Source of the DNA: Marsupella aquatica
Lineage: Eukaryota > Plantae > Marchantiophyta
Assembly: GCA_973895155.1 (NCBI GenBank)
Contig: OZ316898.1
Coordinates: 2,021,927 to 2,085,926, forward strand
Direction: 5' to 3'
Length of the DNA stretch: 64,000 nt
Below are positions 39,107 through 53,645 of this stretch, piece after piece. Positions within the stretch are counted from its first letter, which is position 1; the number at the start of each line of letters is the position of its first letter. Made by a program: the position numbers and the translations under genes. Under the pieces are notes generated by a model, which was not told where the DNA came from, made no database searches, and saw only the letters and a list, made by a program, of their open reading frames with translations.

Positions 39107-39930
39107 TCACGCATAATCGTAATGGCGCACTCTGTAAAGGAGAACTTTTCCAGCGGCGTTTCGCACAACTAAATAACCTCCACCTGGGCTGAAATCCATG
39201 GAATGCACGTAATGCAGAGGGGTCTTGAAATTTGGCCAGTTGGATAAAACTGTGTGAGAAGGGAGACGCACCAGTCTCAATGCATATTTCTCCATTCATG
39301 AAGAAACAGCTATGATTTGAGAATCGTAGTTGAATTCACATTATCCACTGTAGTCACAATATTCATCAGAGCTTTGATGGGTCTAGTGACTCCACCGTTG
39401 AATCCCTCTCGAATACAGTGGCAAAAAGACTGCTATTAGGGGATACTGCCAACGAGCCGCTCTTCACACACCCCTCGTATGCCACTTGTGAAAGCACCGC
39501 CTCGTTCTGAGATCCCAGAGATAGATTTCTCCATCTCCTCCGCTGCTAACCAAGCGCCGACGTCCTCTGCAAAACGCCACAACCCTCACGGATCCATTCA
39601 TCTCAGATTCCCCCTCTATTGCTTGGTGCCTACCGAGCAGAGTAAAATACAGTATATCCGTCATTGCCGATAAAGGCAATCTGCTTGCTGTCTGGAGACA
39701 CCTGGAAACCCTCCAAACTCTTGCTGCTTCCTCCGTCGCCGAATTTCTCGACTCTGAGACCTGTCCTTTCTGTTCTTCCCTGTAAAACCTGCTCGGGAGG
39801 CTAAAACCCCATGTTTGCTCGACTCCACGCGACTAGCCCTTTCCGTCGGAAAATGAACTATTTCCGCCTGCGATAGCTGCAGACTGCACGACTAGTGGTG
39901 ACACTGCTGTTTCACGCCTTCAATCGCCCA
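39107..39930 (-). pseudogene. UTP18: U3 snoRNA-associated protein 18 (WD40) pseudogene
   Basis: KSLEGFQVSPDSKQIAFIGNDGY, MNGSVR, GDGEIYLWDLRTRRC, LRLVRLPSHTVLSNWP, DFSPGGGYL, GKVLLYRVRHY in different frames with stops/indels; N-terminal half not recognisable. Confidence 0.85.
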
Positions 39931-40280
39931 TTACCGAGAGCAGATTGGACAATCCTTTCCTTCACAGTTCGACATTCCTAAGGCATTCCACTAGCCCTCG
40001 CTCATTCGATCAGCTCAGGCCCGCCTCCACACGGAGCAGCCGCGAGAATCAGGGGCTAAAGGGGGTCGGGCAGACAGGGCAGCTCACGTAGGCCCGGAGG
40101 GCAAGGGGGGCAAATATCAGAGACTGTTCCCTTATACAACGTTAATAACTTGTACTAGAAAACTGTGGTTTGAGGGTGAGTCAGTCGAATGCCGGAATAA
40201 TGTTACAGTAGGATTATAGGAGGGGGGCTAGGCGCATTCTTGGCGGACACACGAGTAAATGGGCAACGAAGTCAGATGAA

Positions 40281-40296
40281 AAACCCTAGGGGTTTA
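40281..40296. promoter_or_regulatory. Telo-box (AAACCCTA), near-palindromic, with nearby site II-like TGGGC motifs
   Basis: AAAACCCTAGGGGTTT about 270 bp upstream of the TTC27 ATG; TGGGC at about 40260 and 40382. Confidence 0.5.
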
Positions 40297-40561
40297 TGCC
40301 CACAAGCCCGAGTAGGCAGGGTTGGACAGAAATGGTGGTGAATACCTGGAAGTAAACGAGGGTAGGGTCAGGTTTGAAGTTGGGCTCAAGGTGCGTGTCT
40401 TGTGAGGTGAAGGCAATCAGCCCGAGGAGTGTGGAGAAGCACTGAGTTCCTGTCAAGAGAATCTTTAAACCATGCAAGGGAGAGAGATTGCATCCTAGCG
40501 CTATAGGCAGATCCGGAGACTCGGAAGGAAGGTCCAGCAATTCAGTGGAAGGGTTAGAGAC

Positions 40562-43500
40562 ATGGAGGCGTTGGAATTGCGTCTGCTTCGATGTTTTCTG
40601 GGAGGCCCAAGACAATCAGTGGCAGGAAATCTGGCGGAGGTTTCTGGCGAGAAAACTGTATCCTGTGGCGTAGATGAACGTGATGGAAATGGAGCTGGAA
40701 GCCTGGAAGACGGCATAAGAGATATTGTGTGTGAGATTGAGTATGGATTTTATTCAAGGGCTTTGGCCTCAAGACACTGGTCTGTGCTACTTGGCGATCT
40801 TCCCTCGTTGGATCCACTAGTTGGCTTGAAGCGGAATGCCGCCAACGAGTTCTACGATCATCTGAAGTTAAGGATCTCTACATTTCTCGGCTTGGACCCA
40901 GGGGACGGAAGAGCTGGACAGTTTCATGAGGATGAGCGAGAGCAACGGGAGGTTCTGGTACTAGCTCTCGGCGTCGCTGTGCTCTGCATCTTCTTGCAGG
41001 CAAATGTGACGGGGTACGCATATGACGAATTCCTATCATAAAAGGGTCCATACTTTACGTTTTCTGTAGAGTATTTGTCTGTAAACCCTTTCTGTGTATG
41101 ACCAGAAAATCGCCTCAACCCTATACATATGAATTTGCACCTTTCGAAGTCGTGTTTTTCAATTATTGAAGTACCGCCAACCACTTAAAATTCCAATTTT
41201 GAGAAAGATTATGGCGCTCTTACTCAATTTCCGGTAGATTGGTGTACATGTTCTAGAATCGCTGAGTTGATTTGGTGGTTTCTGAATCATAAATTACGAC
41301 GATTCTATTGAACTAGCCAAACCTGCACCTTAACTTGGAACTGTCTGCCGCATGGACATCCATTAACCCTGGACATTCCTGCTACAGTCCGGGGCGGCTA
41401 AAAATCGATTTGTCTTGACCACACTTTATCTGGTGTCGTTTGATAGCGGTCGAAGATTGTACTGTGGTAAAGACTTCTCGATATGTAGACCTTTCATAGC
41501 ATGTTTGTAAATTCCTCTATGTAGAAATTGGGAAGGTTAGTTCTTACAGCTGACGAGGCTTCTTCTTGTGTCTATTCTGCAGCCCTATTCAAGAACAGTT
41601 TCCTCTGTTTCCTATGACTGCGGCACTAAACTTGGACAAGTCATCAGCAGGTTTAGATGGAAAAGAATGGGAGGAATGGGAACAATGGGCTCGAGACCAG
41701 GTGATGGTTGATGGCTGTGACATTACAGGAAAAATTTCTCTACCACAGGTGTGCTCCTCTGTCTGTACTTGGCGAAGTTTGTACGTTCGGTAGTTTATCT
41801 ATCGATCCTTAGAGCACCCTAATCGGGGAGCTGGATTGTCAGCTATCCATTGCATGGGACGATTCAAATGAAAAAGCCAGTCTCCAGCAGCTAGGCTAGA
41901 CATTTTACGGTAACACTATTTTCAATTCAGACTAAATAAAAGTACCAGATCTGGCACTTCAGATCTAGTTGCGGATGCTTGGGTCGATTGTCATTTTTGG
42001 AATTACTTTCACAAAACAAGCAATGCATATTGAGCCCCAGTGGCACTTGGGGACAGGAGTTCTCCATGTTTGTAGCCAGTGGTTGCTGTTACTTTTCTGT
42101 AGTGTACGAGCATATCTATCCAGTTTTGGGACAGATGGAATGAAAGACACCAATTTGTGTGCAGTATCTGATACTGGCCAAACTCTTACTGGTCAATCCA
42201 GCAGAGACTATGGTCAGGAGGGCACAATCAGAAAGCGGACCGAGAACAAGAAGTTGGTGGACATTCCGGGTTCTATTGATACAACAACGGGTTTTGGCAG
42301 AGCGATCAGCTTTTCTTCGGTCTCTTCTTGTGCCGGCCGCACGAAACGTGATTAATTATTTTGGTACATCTGAAGCAGTGAACCAGTTAAGTTGGGAATT
42401 GGACCCTTTGGAAGCAAATAGTATTGTTGCCGCTGCATACTTGGAGCTTGGGCTGATGGAACATGTCTACGGCCATGATGATGCTGCAAGGTCCATCTCT
42501 GACCATGTTTGAACACATCGCTCCCTACTCTCCAACCCCTTGATGCATGGCTTGTGTCCTGGCTCCTCTTGTTGAAGTAGAGTTTCTTTCAGTGAAATTT
42601 TAGGAAAGGTTTTTGTTGGTTCGTATGCACCCCGACTCTCAATAATTAATCACAATCATCCTAAACTAATGAAGAATTCTGAGGATTGGGACCGACCTGC
42701 AGGGCATTCCCATCGTCTTTCCGCTTTGATTCCAATCCTTTCCACCTGACCACTTTTCGCAGCGAGCATTTAGCAGTACAGGCAGAACGTAATGATAGGA
42801 GTATCTAATTTCTGATCGCTGAGAAACTCTTACCTCAAAATCGTGGCTTGAAAGAAATGGGTTGCCGCTGGGGTTATCGAGTTATCAGCCGTAAGGGATC
42901 GTTACTCTTAGAGCTAGGCTAAAATGGAATGGTGTCCTTGTCTTTTGCAGAGAAAACTTCGATAGAGCAGCCAAATCTTGCGGTCTAGAACTATCTCTCA
43001 CGGGAATCCTTGGTTTCCGAACACAGTACCAGGTGGGCACGAGTCAACCATTGCGATCTGATGTCGAAGTATTTCAAATGCACGCATATGAATAATTCAG
43101 GATTATAATCTGCTGCCACTTTTCTCTTTCAATTTGAATTTCCATACACATACTAACCTTTACCTACCTCCCCCTCTATTGCACGAATCAAGGAACTTTT
43201 GCAATTGATAGAAGCTGTTCGTAAAATCTTGTTGGGAAATGGAGATTTCTATTTGTCACCTCTCGGTTGGCATCAGGTCTGTGCAGGTTTCATGATTGTT
43301 TCTGCTGTTACGATCTTTGTAAATGCCCCTTTGTGGATTCTGATGCAACATCCTTCTGTATTTACTGCAGACTGATCCTAAAGCTCAAATGGTGCTGGTG
43401 GCCAGTTCTGAGTCTTCAACTGAGAATGACACACACTGGCTCGACTTTGTGGATAGCGCTGATGAGAACGGGCAGGATCCAGCCGCGAACACTGAAGAAA

Positions 43501-46500
43501 GTGAAATACTTCGTACTCCAAAGCTTGTTCACGCTACAACAGATGAAGCAAATTCTGTGGAGGATGACAAGAGGAGTGGTGGCGACCAGAAAATTTTGAC
43601 CTCCATTGAGCAAGCCATTATTTTGGCTATGGGCGTTGATGTAAAAAAGAGCAATGCGGATGATGAGCTCCGGAGTATGCCTTCTCCATTGATATTTATG
43701 TTTCTCATTTTTGGTTATTCTTTAGAGCGGACAAGACGGAAGATGTCTTTGCATCTCTCTTAACAGTGTTAGATTTTGATATGGGAGAGCACACGTATAC
43801 GCGTTAGGCTTGGCCTGTTTCCGTTGAATTTTTGAACACAATCGCCCAACCAAAGCAATGTGCACTGGACCAGGCTTACACTATATATATTGGTTTTAAG
43901 GCTGGCAGATGGCTCCATTTATTGAAGCAGTCGATGGTCAACACCGATCAAAACCTATGGTAGGTTGTAGCAACTGTCCACTTTGATGGAATATCATGCC
44001 CTCAGATCGCTTTTGTTGTTTCCTGAAACCTTTTTTTCTATTTCAGTTTTGGACTTGCATCATGGTTAAGATCTTTAACTTCCGATTAGCAGAGCTTTTC
44101 AGAGAAAGCTCTCTTGGACCGTCACTGACCGTGATGCTTTGGTAAGGTGAAAGCTTGGTGCCAGCTGTTACGTATAAGATGGGAGAAAACTCGAGCTCGC
44201 ACTCGCGAACGCAGCTTTCTTATGATGGAGCAGCTAGTAAGTTCGGCTGCTTTGCTATCTCACCTAACTTGTTCAGACTTCAGATCTTTTCCATGCTATT
44301 TGTGCTTTGAATTGCTCTACGTTTTGCAAGATAGGCTGCACATATTCAGTGAACAGTTCATCAGTTGAGAATTAGAAATAGGACAAGATATCATCAAGAT
44401 ATGTAGTTGCGCTTCCACAATTTCTGATGAATGAATAATCCTTAGTCATTCTAAAAGCTGCATGAAGCCCTTCATGACAAGGGAATTGTTCGACATATCG
44501 ATGATCTGCTGGCCCATTAGTACGGTTTATCGTATTCTGTTATCCGAAGCTTGTTTGTTATAGTTGATCGTGTTTGAGACAGTGAGCTTTTTCTCTACGA
44601 TGACTCAATTCCTTGAATGGCACAGGCTAATGATATTCGTGAAGGCTCGGTGAAGGTTTCACAGCGAATGTCCTATGTTTTATGCGTTCCTTTCCCAATT
44701 CTCCCAGCTCTCCTCAAGTACAGATCTATCCTACACTTCATTATTCCTGGCCCGGTTGTGCAGATTTTGTAGACTAGAAAATTCAATAATTTTTAAGGAC
44801 AATCTCACCGTATTCAATGAGACTCTTGGCAGCATAAAACAATCTTTAATGTTTGACTATCATTCCACGATCACGTGTTATACACAGTTGATACATTGCC
44901 GTGTTCATTTTTCCTGTCCATTTGGAAGTTGCACATATTAACAAAGCATCCATGAAGGTCTGTCATCGTAGAAAGTGATGACATCAAGTCAGTTTTAAGT
45001 ACTCCCTCGGAGTTATAATTGTTGGACATTTGTCACAAGCCGGTTTGTTGACGCTGCAGAGAATATGCAGAGTTGATGGTTGGGTTCGGACTTATTGGAG
45101 ATGCAATGAAACTTTTTGAGGAGCTGGAGTTATGGACCAGTCTCATTGATTGCTATTGGTTTGTCTCCCTGTCCCATTATCTATATTATGCTAGGACGGT
45201 GTAGAAAGAATAGTCGTTATAGTTGAAGATTGGTTGGCCCACATATTCATTCCATTGACGAAGTTTTATCAACCGCTCGTTGCTATGATCATTAAAATTT
45301 AGCCGAAGATAATCGAACTTGCAACTGTACTATCCAGAAACGATTTAAAATGCACTGCCGTTCTTTGTAGGAGAGAACAGCATAATTTAAGAAAAGTAGC
45401 TGCATTGGGCATGACTGACAAGTCATTATATAATGTCAATCTGTTTTTGCGATACGATCCCGTAGTCCATTTCCCTATCGAGTTAACTCCAAACAACGAA
45501 ATTTGAGGAGTGTCCCTCATTAGCATCACCTCTGATAAATTTAAGGAAACTAGTCAGGGATGTGCAGTTGCAGCTACTGTTGGCATCTAGTTGAAGATTG
45601 AAAGAATGATAAGAACAAAAGATGATTTCACTGGAAAGCGTGACGAGAATGATTATGAGCTTTTGGAATGGAGAATTGAGGTATGAAATGATGCCATAAA
45701 AAGTTCATGCATAGCCGTCTGCTCTTGCAATGGGACAGATGAATCACCGGCAACTCCGAAAATGTGAGACGATTATCTTATAGTTGATGCGTTGTATGTA
45801 GTCTACTGGGAAAGAAGACTGCAGCTGCGGGTTTGATCAGACAACGCCTTGAAGTACGACCAGATGATCCAAGACTTTGGTAGGCTCTTTTGATCTTCGA
45901 AATTGGCTTAAAATGTAGCGCTCAGACAGTGTTCATTTAATGAAATTTGCTACTTGCGGCTTGGAGATAATTGCTTCAGTTTGAGACTGTCAGGAGGTTG
46001 ATTGTAATAGCTCTATGAAATAAAGGAAGGTATGAATAGAGCTATATTGAAGGGTTGCAGTGAGAAGAGATTTGTGGAAGCAGGACCTTGCTTCTCTTTT
46101 GTCTGTGATTTTGGGTAATCCTGCAGATCATACTTTGTTTCTGGGCAATTCCAATCATGAAGACGATATTGAGTGTGAAGTCTAAGAAACAATGCGGTGG
46201 ACATTGGTAACTAGGTGTTCTTTGGGTGACGTGACCATGGATGATGATTGCTATCATAAAGCTTGGGAGGTATCCGGTCGTCGTTTCACTCGTGCTCAGG
46301 TACAAAAGGTCAAGCCAAAGTGTACAACATATCTGTGAGGATAATAAGAAAATCTATCAGTGACCGCTGCTATATCAGTTTTTACATCTTGCCATATCTA
46401 CCTCCAAGTTTTGAATCAACGTTGGAAGGATTCCTCACACAGTGTTCTTGATCTCTGGAATGTGTCGGTTGATTTTGGGATTTCTTTCATTAATGTGTTT

Positions 46501-49500
46501 AATACATGTTCGCAGCGGTCGCTAGCGCGTGCTGCGTACAGCAAAGGGAATTACTCCCAAGCCGTGAAGCACTGGTAACAGCCAGCACCATTCACCTCAC
46601 GGTATACGTTGTTAAATGCCATTTTCCAGATATCTTGGTGCAAAGATTTAAAGGGAGGATTGTGGAGGTGAGGGAGAAAGGGGTGCGGTGGGATAGGGCG
46701 GGGTGGGGTGGGGTGGGAGTGGGGGTTTTGGGCAAGGGCATTGAAATTGATTTCTAGGAGGTTAGCAATTTGTTGACTCTACTCAGTCAAACAATTCTTG
46801 GAGTCGCTACTTAGCAACTCCTTGCATTCAGAATGACTGGTTCGAAATTGCTATTCATTGGTGGGCTCAAATTGAGTTTGCAATTGTGATTATGTGGCAG
46901 GGATGTGGCCTTGTCCTTGAATCCACTGCACCCGGATGGGTGGTTTGCTCTTGGATCAGCAGCCTTGAAAGTAGGTATCTGCACTATTATTCAAATTTTT
47001 GTTTTTGGTATTTTTTGTTTTATGTTTTCCCCATAGTCAAACATGGCCATACAGGATGTTCATTTTTCATATTGATACCTTTTAAATTACACATGTTTGG
47101 TTGAATGCCTAAGACGTGGGAGACACGGTGTAGTGGGATTCTCACTTTTTATCCTGGAAACTTGCATTGTGTTAATGGAAATTTTGTTTTTGCTTCATTT
47201 CGAGGGAAGGTCATTGAAGTAGTTGGAATTTTAATGTATTTTTAATGTAAGGAATGGTTTATGGTTGGATACCCAGCGACTGCCAAGAGTACCTTTCGGT
47301 TGCGCGTTAACCTGTTGTGTTGTCCGTCTGCTCAGACTCGAGATTTGGACAAGGCTCTTTTGGCTTTCACACGACAGGTGCAATTGGATCCCGAGAATGG
47401 AGAATCGTGGAATAACATTGCGGCCATGTATGTCTGTTGTCTTTGGACAGTTCTCCTTTGAACATTTACGTACGAAACTAGGTTCTGTAATTTTCAGGGA
47501 ACTTCCGTCTGGAGTGGTCGTTTAGTGGAATTAAACTTCGCGGTACATTAAGAATCATTAGGGCCGTCTGAAGACCATGAAGAGATGAAATGATCGAAGT
47601 TTGTCAAATCTCTGGTCAGGCCAAAATTTAACTTGGGACAAACTTGATCGAGGCGTTCATGAATGGTGGAGGAAGGAGGATGGCGTTATAAAATATTTCT
47701 TGAAGTGATTCAGTTCTAGGAATTTTTTGTCTGTTTTGTGCTCTGATTATATCTGTTGTGCGCAGTAACATGCAGAAGAAACGCAGTAAGGAAGCATTTG
47801 TTGCCTTCCGGGAGGCTCTCAAGCTCAAGTATGATTCTTCACCTTTGATGTTGCTCTGGTTGACGTGAGTGTTCCAGAGTTGGTTTCCAAGTTCTCATTA
47901 GCCCTTGCAAGCTCATATTAGGGAATTGCTGTATTTTCTGGTTCTACCAGGCGAAACAGCTGGCAGATATGGGAGAATTTTGGAAAAGTTGCTTTGGATA
48001 TTGGCAACTTTGGTCAGGTTAGCCATATTTTCATCTCCCTTGCCTCTTATTGCTCGCACTTCATCCTTTGGTTGTATGTGATTGGAAGAATTCCGGCAAG
48101 TTGTCTGAATGCTACTATTAGAGCTATTGCAGATGCCAGATGAAAAGTCTCTCTGATTTAAAATAGCATAGATACATTTGTACCCTTGACTAAATTTCTC
48201 GAGTCTCAAGTGAGTTTGGAGAGACATGGTTTGTTCTAGCGTAGATCAACTAACAATTTCTCTGTGCAGGCTGTTCTTGCGGTTGAGAAAGTGTATGATC
48301 TCTCTGAAGAGAAACGCGTGGATGTGACCGGACTGAGCAGCCTAGTGGAAGAATTGGAGGTCAGAAAGGGCTTCACTGTACGTCCAGCAGAAGTCCCTCC
48401 ACTAGAAACTGATGAAAACTCAGAAAATGAGGAGCTTGAACATGATGGCAGTGAAGATGACTCTGACTCATGGTCATCCATGCTGACAGCTTTACCTTCT
48501 CTTACAAGAACGAATGGTGGAGAAGATCCTTCCTATACTGGGCATAAGGATTCTATGTCCTTAGACCACACTGATAGCGCTCCATCACAATCAAAAGACA
48601 CAGAAATGCTTGTTGAGAGAGTTGGAAAGCTTTTGTCCCGGGTATGTGAGAACAAATGGCCGTGTGATTCCCACATGGCCTAATTTTCTATGTTTTGTAT
48701 TTCCTAGACTCGGAATGCTAAGCATCAGAAGCATGATTTGTGCATTGCTTTTGAATTCTAGGCACTCTATATGACCTTGCTTGGCGAATCGAGTCCACCT
48801 TTCCTGCCTTGCTGTGATCAAGTTCATGCTTTTTCTGATTTCTGTATTTGGCGATTCAGATAGTTGTGAAAGGGGCGGGTGGAGGTGAAGTTTGGGGCTT
48901 GAAAGCCCGCTGGCATAGGCTTGTGGGAGATTTGTCTATGTCTGTCGAGGCCTTCTTGAAGCAAGTTCGAGCTTACCAGGTGTCACTTTCTCAATGATGA
49001 TTTGACTGTGTGCTGTTTGAGCTGATTAGATCATTTACAAGCCTAGTTTTGTCATTAGCAGTGCTGTGCTTCTGTGGACAGCACATTATAAGACCTTCTT
49101 GTTGGGATGTGAACATGACAGGGTTCAAAATGGCAGAGCAGCCCAGAGCAATTTGAGGTCTTTGCATCGGCATGCCTGCAGCTTACTAAAGCTTATATGG
49201 AATCAGATAATGCCGTATCTGGGAAACGCGAACTATTCTCTGCACAGATGCTTCTGCGGAGTACAATAAAACAGGTTGGTACTTTCTAAACGATTCCAGG
49301 GTGAAAACAAACCCAATTCTCAAAAAATGAAACTCGTGCCTGAAACTTAACATGTGGGTCTTTCTTCGTTTATATGAAAGGGGTGCTTCGTCAACAAGAT
49401 TTCCTGATTTTGTTGATATTCAGGGAAAAGTAATGGTTTGGTTTCCTTGTCTCAGGCGGAGCATTTTAAGAGTCAGCAACAGTATAGCGACTTGGTGTCA

Positions 49501-49539
49501 TGTCTACAACAGGTCGAGACGAAAATTAAGTCTCTTTGA
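40562..49539 (+). CDS. TTC27: Tetratricopeptide repeat protein 27 homolog (EMW1-like), about 21 exons
   Basis: MEALELRLLRC; FLQANVTG; LTGILGFRTQYQ; WQMAPFIEAV; RTRERS; ELELW; PRLWCSLGD; LHPDGWFALG; QLDPENGESWNNIAA; SWQIWENF; LKQVRAYQGSKW; GT-AG exons join in frame to TGA at 49537-49539. Confidence 0.93.
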
Positions 49540-50118
49540 CATATTTTGATGGCGACTAGAAGGCTCTAGCTTCTGTGAAGTAGGGTGGACAGGAGTTGGT
49601 GTCATGATTGTCTCATTTGTAGATGTAGACAAGATTTATCGGAAGAAGCTCTCGTGGTGCACGGAAGGTCGATATATGTACGTTTAACATATGTGGATGG
49701 TATTACATTTTTTGGTAGAGATGAGCTTGATCCAAGTCTGCAACGAGGCATGGATATCAGTCTGGTGCCTCTTAACTGAGAATCTATCCCTCTGAGACAG
49801 TAGGAATAGAACTCCTTAAAACTATTATTTACACTATTACAGCAGTTTCAGGAGAAAATTTTGGTAGGAAGGGTTTCTGTTGAAATTTCCACCTTAGATT
49901 GGCAATGTTTGGAATATGAAGCAGCAAATTATTCAAGTATTTATGTTAATGGCTGCAACCCATGTACGCATTTTCTTTTTTGGTTTGGTCTTATCTAATC
50001 CTTATGTAGTAATGTTTTCCGCCGCGGGCGCGTTTGGCCTCCAAACGGTCCAGGCGCGCCTCGTCTCCAAGGCCGCGGGTCCAGGCGCGGTGTTAGGCCC
50101 AATGAGGAAAGAGGCCGG

Positions 50119-50308
50119 TCACCCCAAGGGAATGACAAATGGCTGAAACGTCATCACAACCAGAAGCATCTGGAGAAACCTGTCACCCCAAGGAAATGAC
50201 CAATGGCTGAAATGCCATCACAACCAGAAGCATCTGGAGAAACCTGTCACCCCAAGGAAATGACCAATGGCTGAAATGCCATCACAACCAGAAGCATCTG
50301 GAGAAACC
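50119..50308. repeat. About 63-bp tandem repeat x3
   Basis: GTCACCCCAAGGAAATGACCAATGGCTGAAATGCCATCACAACCAGAAGCATCTGGAGAAACC repeated. Confidence 0.95.
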
Positions 50309-53300
50309 CCAACTGTATACTTCTTGCTAACCTTCCATGGAAAACCCCTAATGTTTTTGTACTATGTTTTGCGCTTCTCAAAACAATGGTAGAGTCAAAA
50401 AGGTGATTCCAAGGCACCAAAATATTGACAAAGGGTAAACAGACACATGTAACAACTAAAGGTTAATCCAATCCTATCCACATGATAGTAGTGAGCCCCG
50501 TGGGGGTATTCACACATCAAAATGTGCTAACATATGGTGTGCATTCACTAATTTAAAAATGTGCTAACATATGGTGTGCATTCACTAATTTAAAGAAATA
50601 ACAACGTTTATTATGGTATAGATCCATGTTTTACACCGTATATTTTATATTTTGAAGTGCAGTTGCCAGACCCGTGAAGCCCTAGTGGTGATCTATATAC
50701 CAGAATGTATCGCAGATATCGTATTTTTAACTACTGCAGTCACTGGAATGCCACCTATTACTACTTCTGAGAAAATTTTAACTAGAACATTACAAAGAAA
50801 CAGCGTACAAGCCCAGCAGCAGAGAGAATGGCTCAGGGGGCAGAGGTCCAAATTGCATGAATGGTCCACAGGGCAAAGGGCCCTCCTGGCAGGATGCATC
50901 TTTGGACATCTTTGGGTTTATTTTGCATTTTTCTACATAATTTCCTATCAGCTCATAATTTGATCCACACACCTCAGTCCAAACTTGCATGTGAGAGGTT
51001 TGTGAAGCGGCCCTCCATTCACACAAGTCATAAAACTATTCAGTGACTTTGTGGAGATACCCCAACATCCGGTAGGGCTTATGCTGTGAAAAGTGCAGAA
51101 CCAAGGGCAAGGGCCGGAAACTTTCAGGCCCTTGGTCCCATCCTTTGAAAAGTTAATGGAAACAAAAATATGTTTTTCAACTCTCAACTCTCCCTGTGAA
51201 AAGGAGTGTACTGGGTCAGAACAGAGCTACATGACCGGGCTTGGGCACATGACATGTTCCACTGCAACAGATACTGCTGCCACAGGAGATCATTCTACAT
51301 TTTGCCATTTGTGTCGAAAGTGTCGAGGACTGCAAAACAAAGGGTCCATGACATGCAAGTTGGGTCTTAAGGCGAGTTGGGCCTCAAGTGAACTCTTACA
51401 AGCTCCTTTGAAGCTTGCCAAATCTCCTTCCATGGGTAATTTTTAAATTGCCACCTTATCCTTATCCTTACGGACTCAAACTCTTGCTACTCAAAGTGAC
51501 CTGGTAGGGGAGAGGACGAGAGGTTGCCAGTCCTCCCCCTTGATGGTTCACTCCAGTCACCCGAATTAATGGGAATGGGCTGTCGCAGCTACAAAGGCTA
51601 CCTCCCAAATTCCTTAATTATGAACGAAAACTCTGGTTGAGATTGTGAGTTTATTCTCGCTTTGGTGGCAATTGCACTGGAAGGTACCACAAAGTGTCAA
51701 TTAAAGCTGAAGTACTTGATCTCTTTTGCAATGAACAAGTACTGTACCTTTTCTTATACTAACACGCATTGTACCTCATCATCTGTACAACTTGTTATCT
51801 TGTATTGAAGCATGACTTTGAGACACCGTGAATTTGATAGTGGGAATTCAACGAGAAAATGAGTAGGTCTAGACAAAGTACATCAAAAGCAAAGAAGACT
51901 TTTAATCATAGTGTGGTAAATTTTAGTCAAATCAATTTTCCTTGGGGCCTGTACTTTTCCGGTTACTCGATGCTGCTGTCTGTTCTGACCTGAATTTGCC
52001 AAAACAAAAACCAAGGCTATCGTTTTGTCATCCAGTTTGGCACCCTTCGCTTTGGTTCATCCTTAGTAATGACTCCCAATACTTTGGGCAAGTACCAGAG
52101 TTAGAAAGCAAAGTTGACAACAGGGTTTTGTTTTAGTCCCCAGCCAAAGGTAGGTACCTGCAAAGGCTCGAAAGTTTGAGGCCTTTGCCCTTGGTCAGCA
52201 CAAGCCCTGTCAGCAGGCCTATGAATGAGGGGCTTAGGGCATGGCTGTCTAAATGATTGTATGATGACATTCAGTTAGAGGGCCCCAAACAAAAAGGGGC
52301 TGATGAGTTAGGCTTATGAATGTTACAAATAAAGGCCCTACTAACCGAATGATCAAGATTGGCCATAAGGGTGCTGACACCCACAAAATAAACTTTCCTG
52401 CATTGGACCCATGCAGACTATACGAAAGTTGATGTACTGTACTTGCATGGCTCAACGAAGGAGGACTGGAGGAGTCGGATTAGTAGCGGTAGATTGGCCC
52501 TCGATTGTGAACACTATAGTGTCTCCCACCGTAAATACATTTTGCTGGTCACATGTGGGAAGTTGATTGAATTAGACAGCAGATTGAACCGTGTTAGATT
52601 ATGCACATAACTGCTGGCATGGTTTGTATGGCTTCAGCAAAAGGCCAATTCTCAAGTTATGGGCGTTGGACTTGCTTATCATGAGCAGTTGCTAAGTGCT
52701 GCTCCACATTTTTAGTTGGCGACTTTTATCTGGCCATTTACTTTAAGTGACATGCCATCTATGGTAAAGACTTTTGTGACTTTTCTCTTTGTATGTTTGA
52801 GTGCATTAATTTCCCATACTGCCTCCCTTATTTTGAGGAGGGCATTATTTGAAGTATCACAAAAATAGGAAAGGTAAACCCAAAAATAGTGTTACCAAAG
52901 AATAACTTGTATCAAAATAATTCTCGTAATGCAAGTAACTAGGACATTAATGTACGTAAAAACTTGAGTGATTTTTCGATAACAAACAAGAAAAAATGAA
53001 TATCTGAATAGCAAATTCAAGCCAAAGGGTCTCCAATTGGCCAAGAGCCATGAAAGAAATTAAAAACAAATCTGATGATTTTGATACAAGTTATCATGTT
53101 ATTTTATTTGGTAACAATAAATTTGGGTTTTATTTTTTCTATTTTTGTGATATTTCACATAATGCTTTCCTCAAAAGAAGGGAGACTACATGACAAACTA
53201 ATGCACTCAACAATACAAAGAGAAAAATAACAAAAGTCTTTATGAATAGGATAATGTCCTGATTAGAGGGCATTATGAGATATAATGCCCTGAAAAACAA

Positions 53301-53645
53301 GGGCAACAGTCTAAGTTTTGAAGGCATTATTTTCATAATTCTGGACATCAAAGTAGGTGAAAACTTGAGTGATTTTTTGGTAATAAACAAGAAAAAGTGA
53401 ATTGCACTAGTTATTAGCGCATGATTGCTAAGAACAAAAAATAGAGACCAATAAAAGAACATCTCATCTGCTAAAAAAGAAACTTCATTAGCACATAGGT
53501 CTTGTCATAATATTTCTTTTGAGCCATGCATGGCGTGCTCAAATGGATAGACTAGATCACTAGAACGAACAAAAATAGATCTCCAAGATAGCAACAATTT
53601 GGTTTTGAATTAATGACCTAAATCTCAGGACTTGAATTCACCCTG

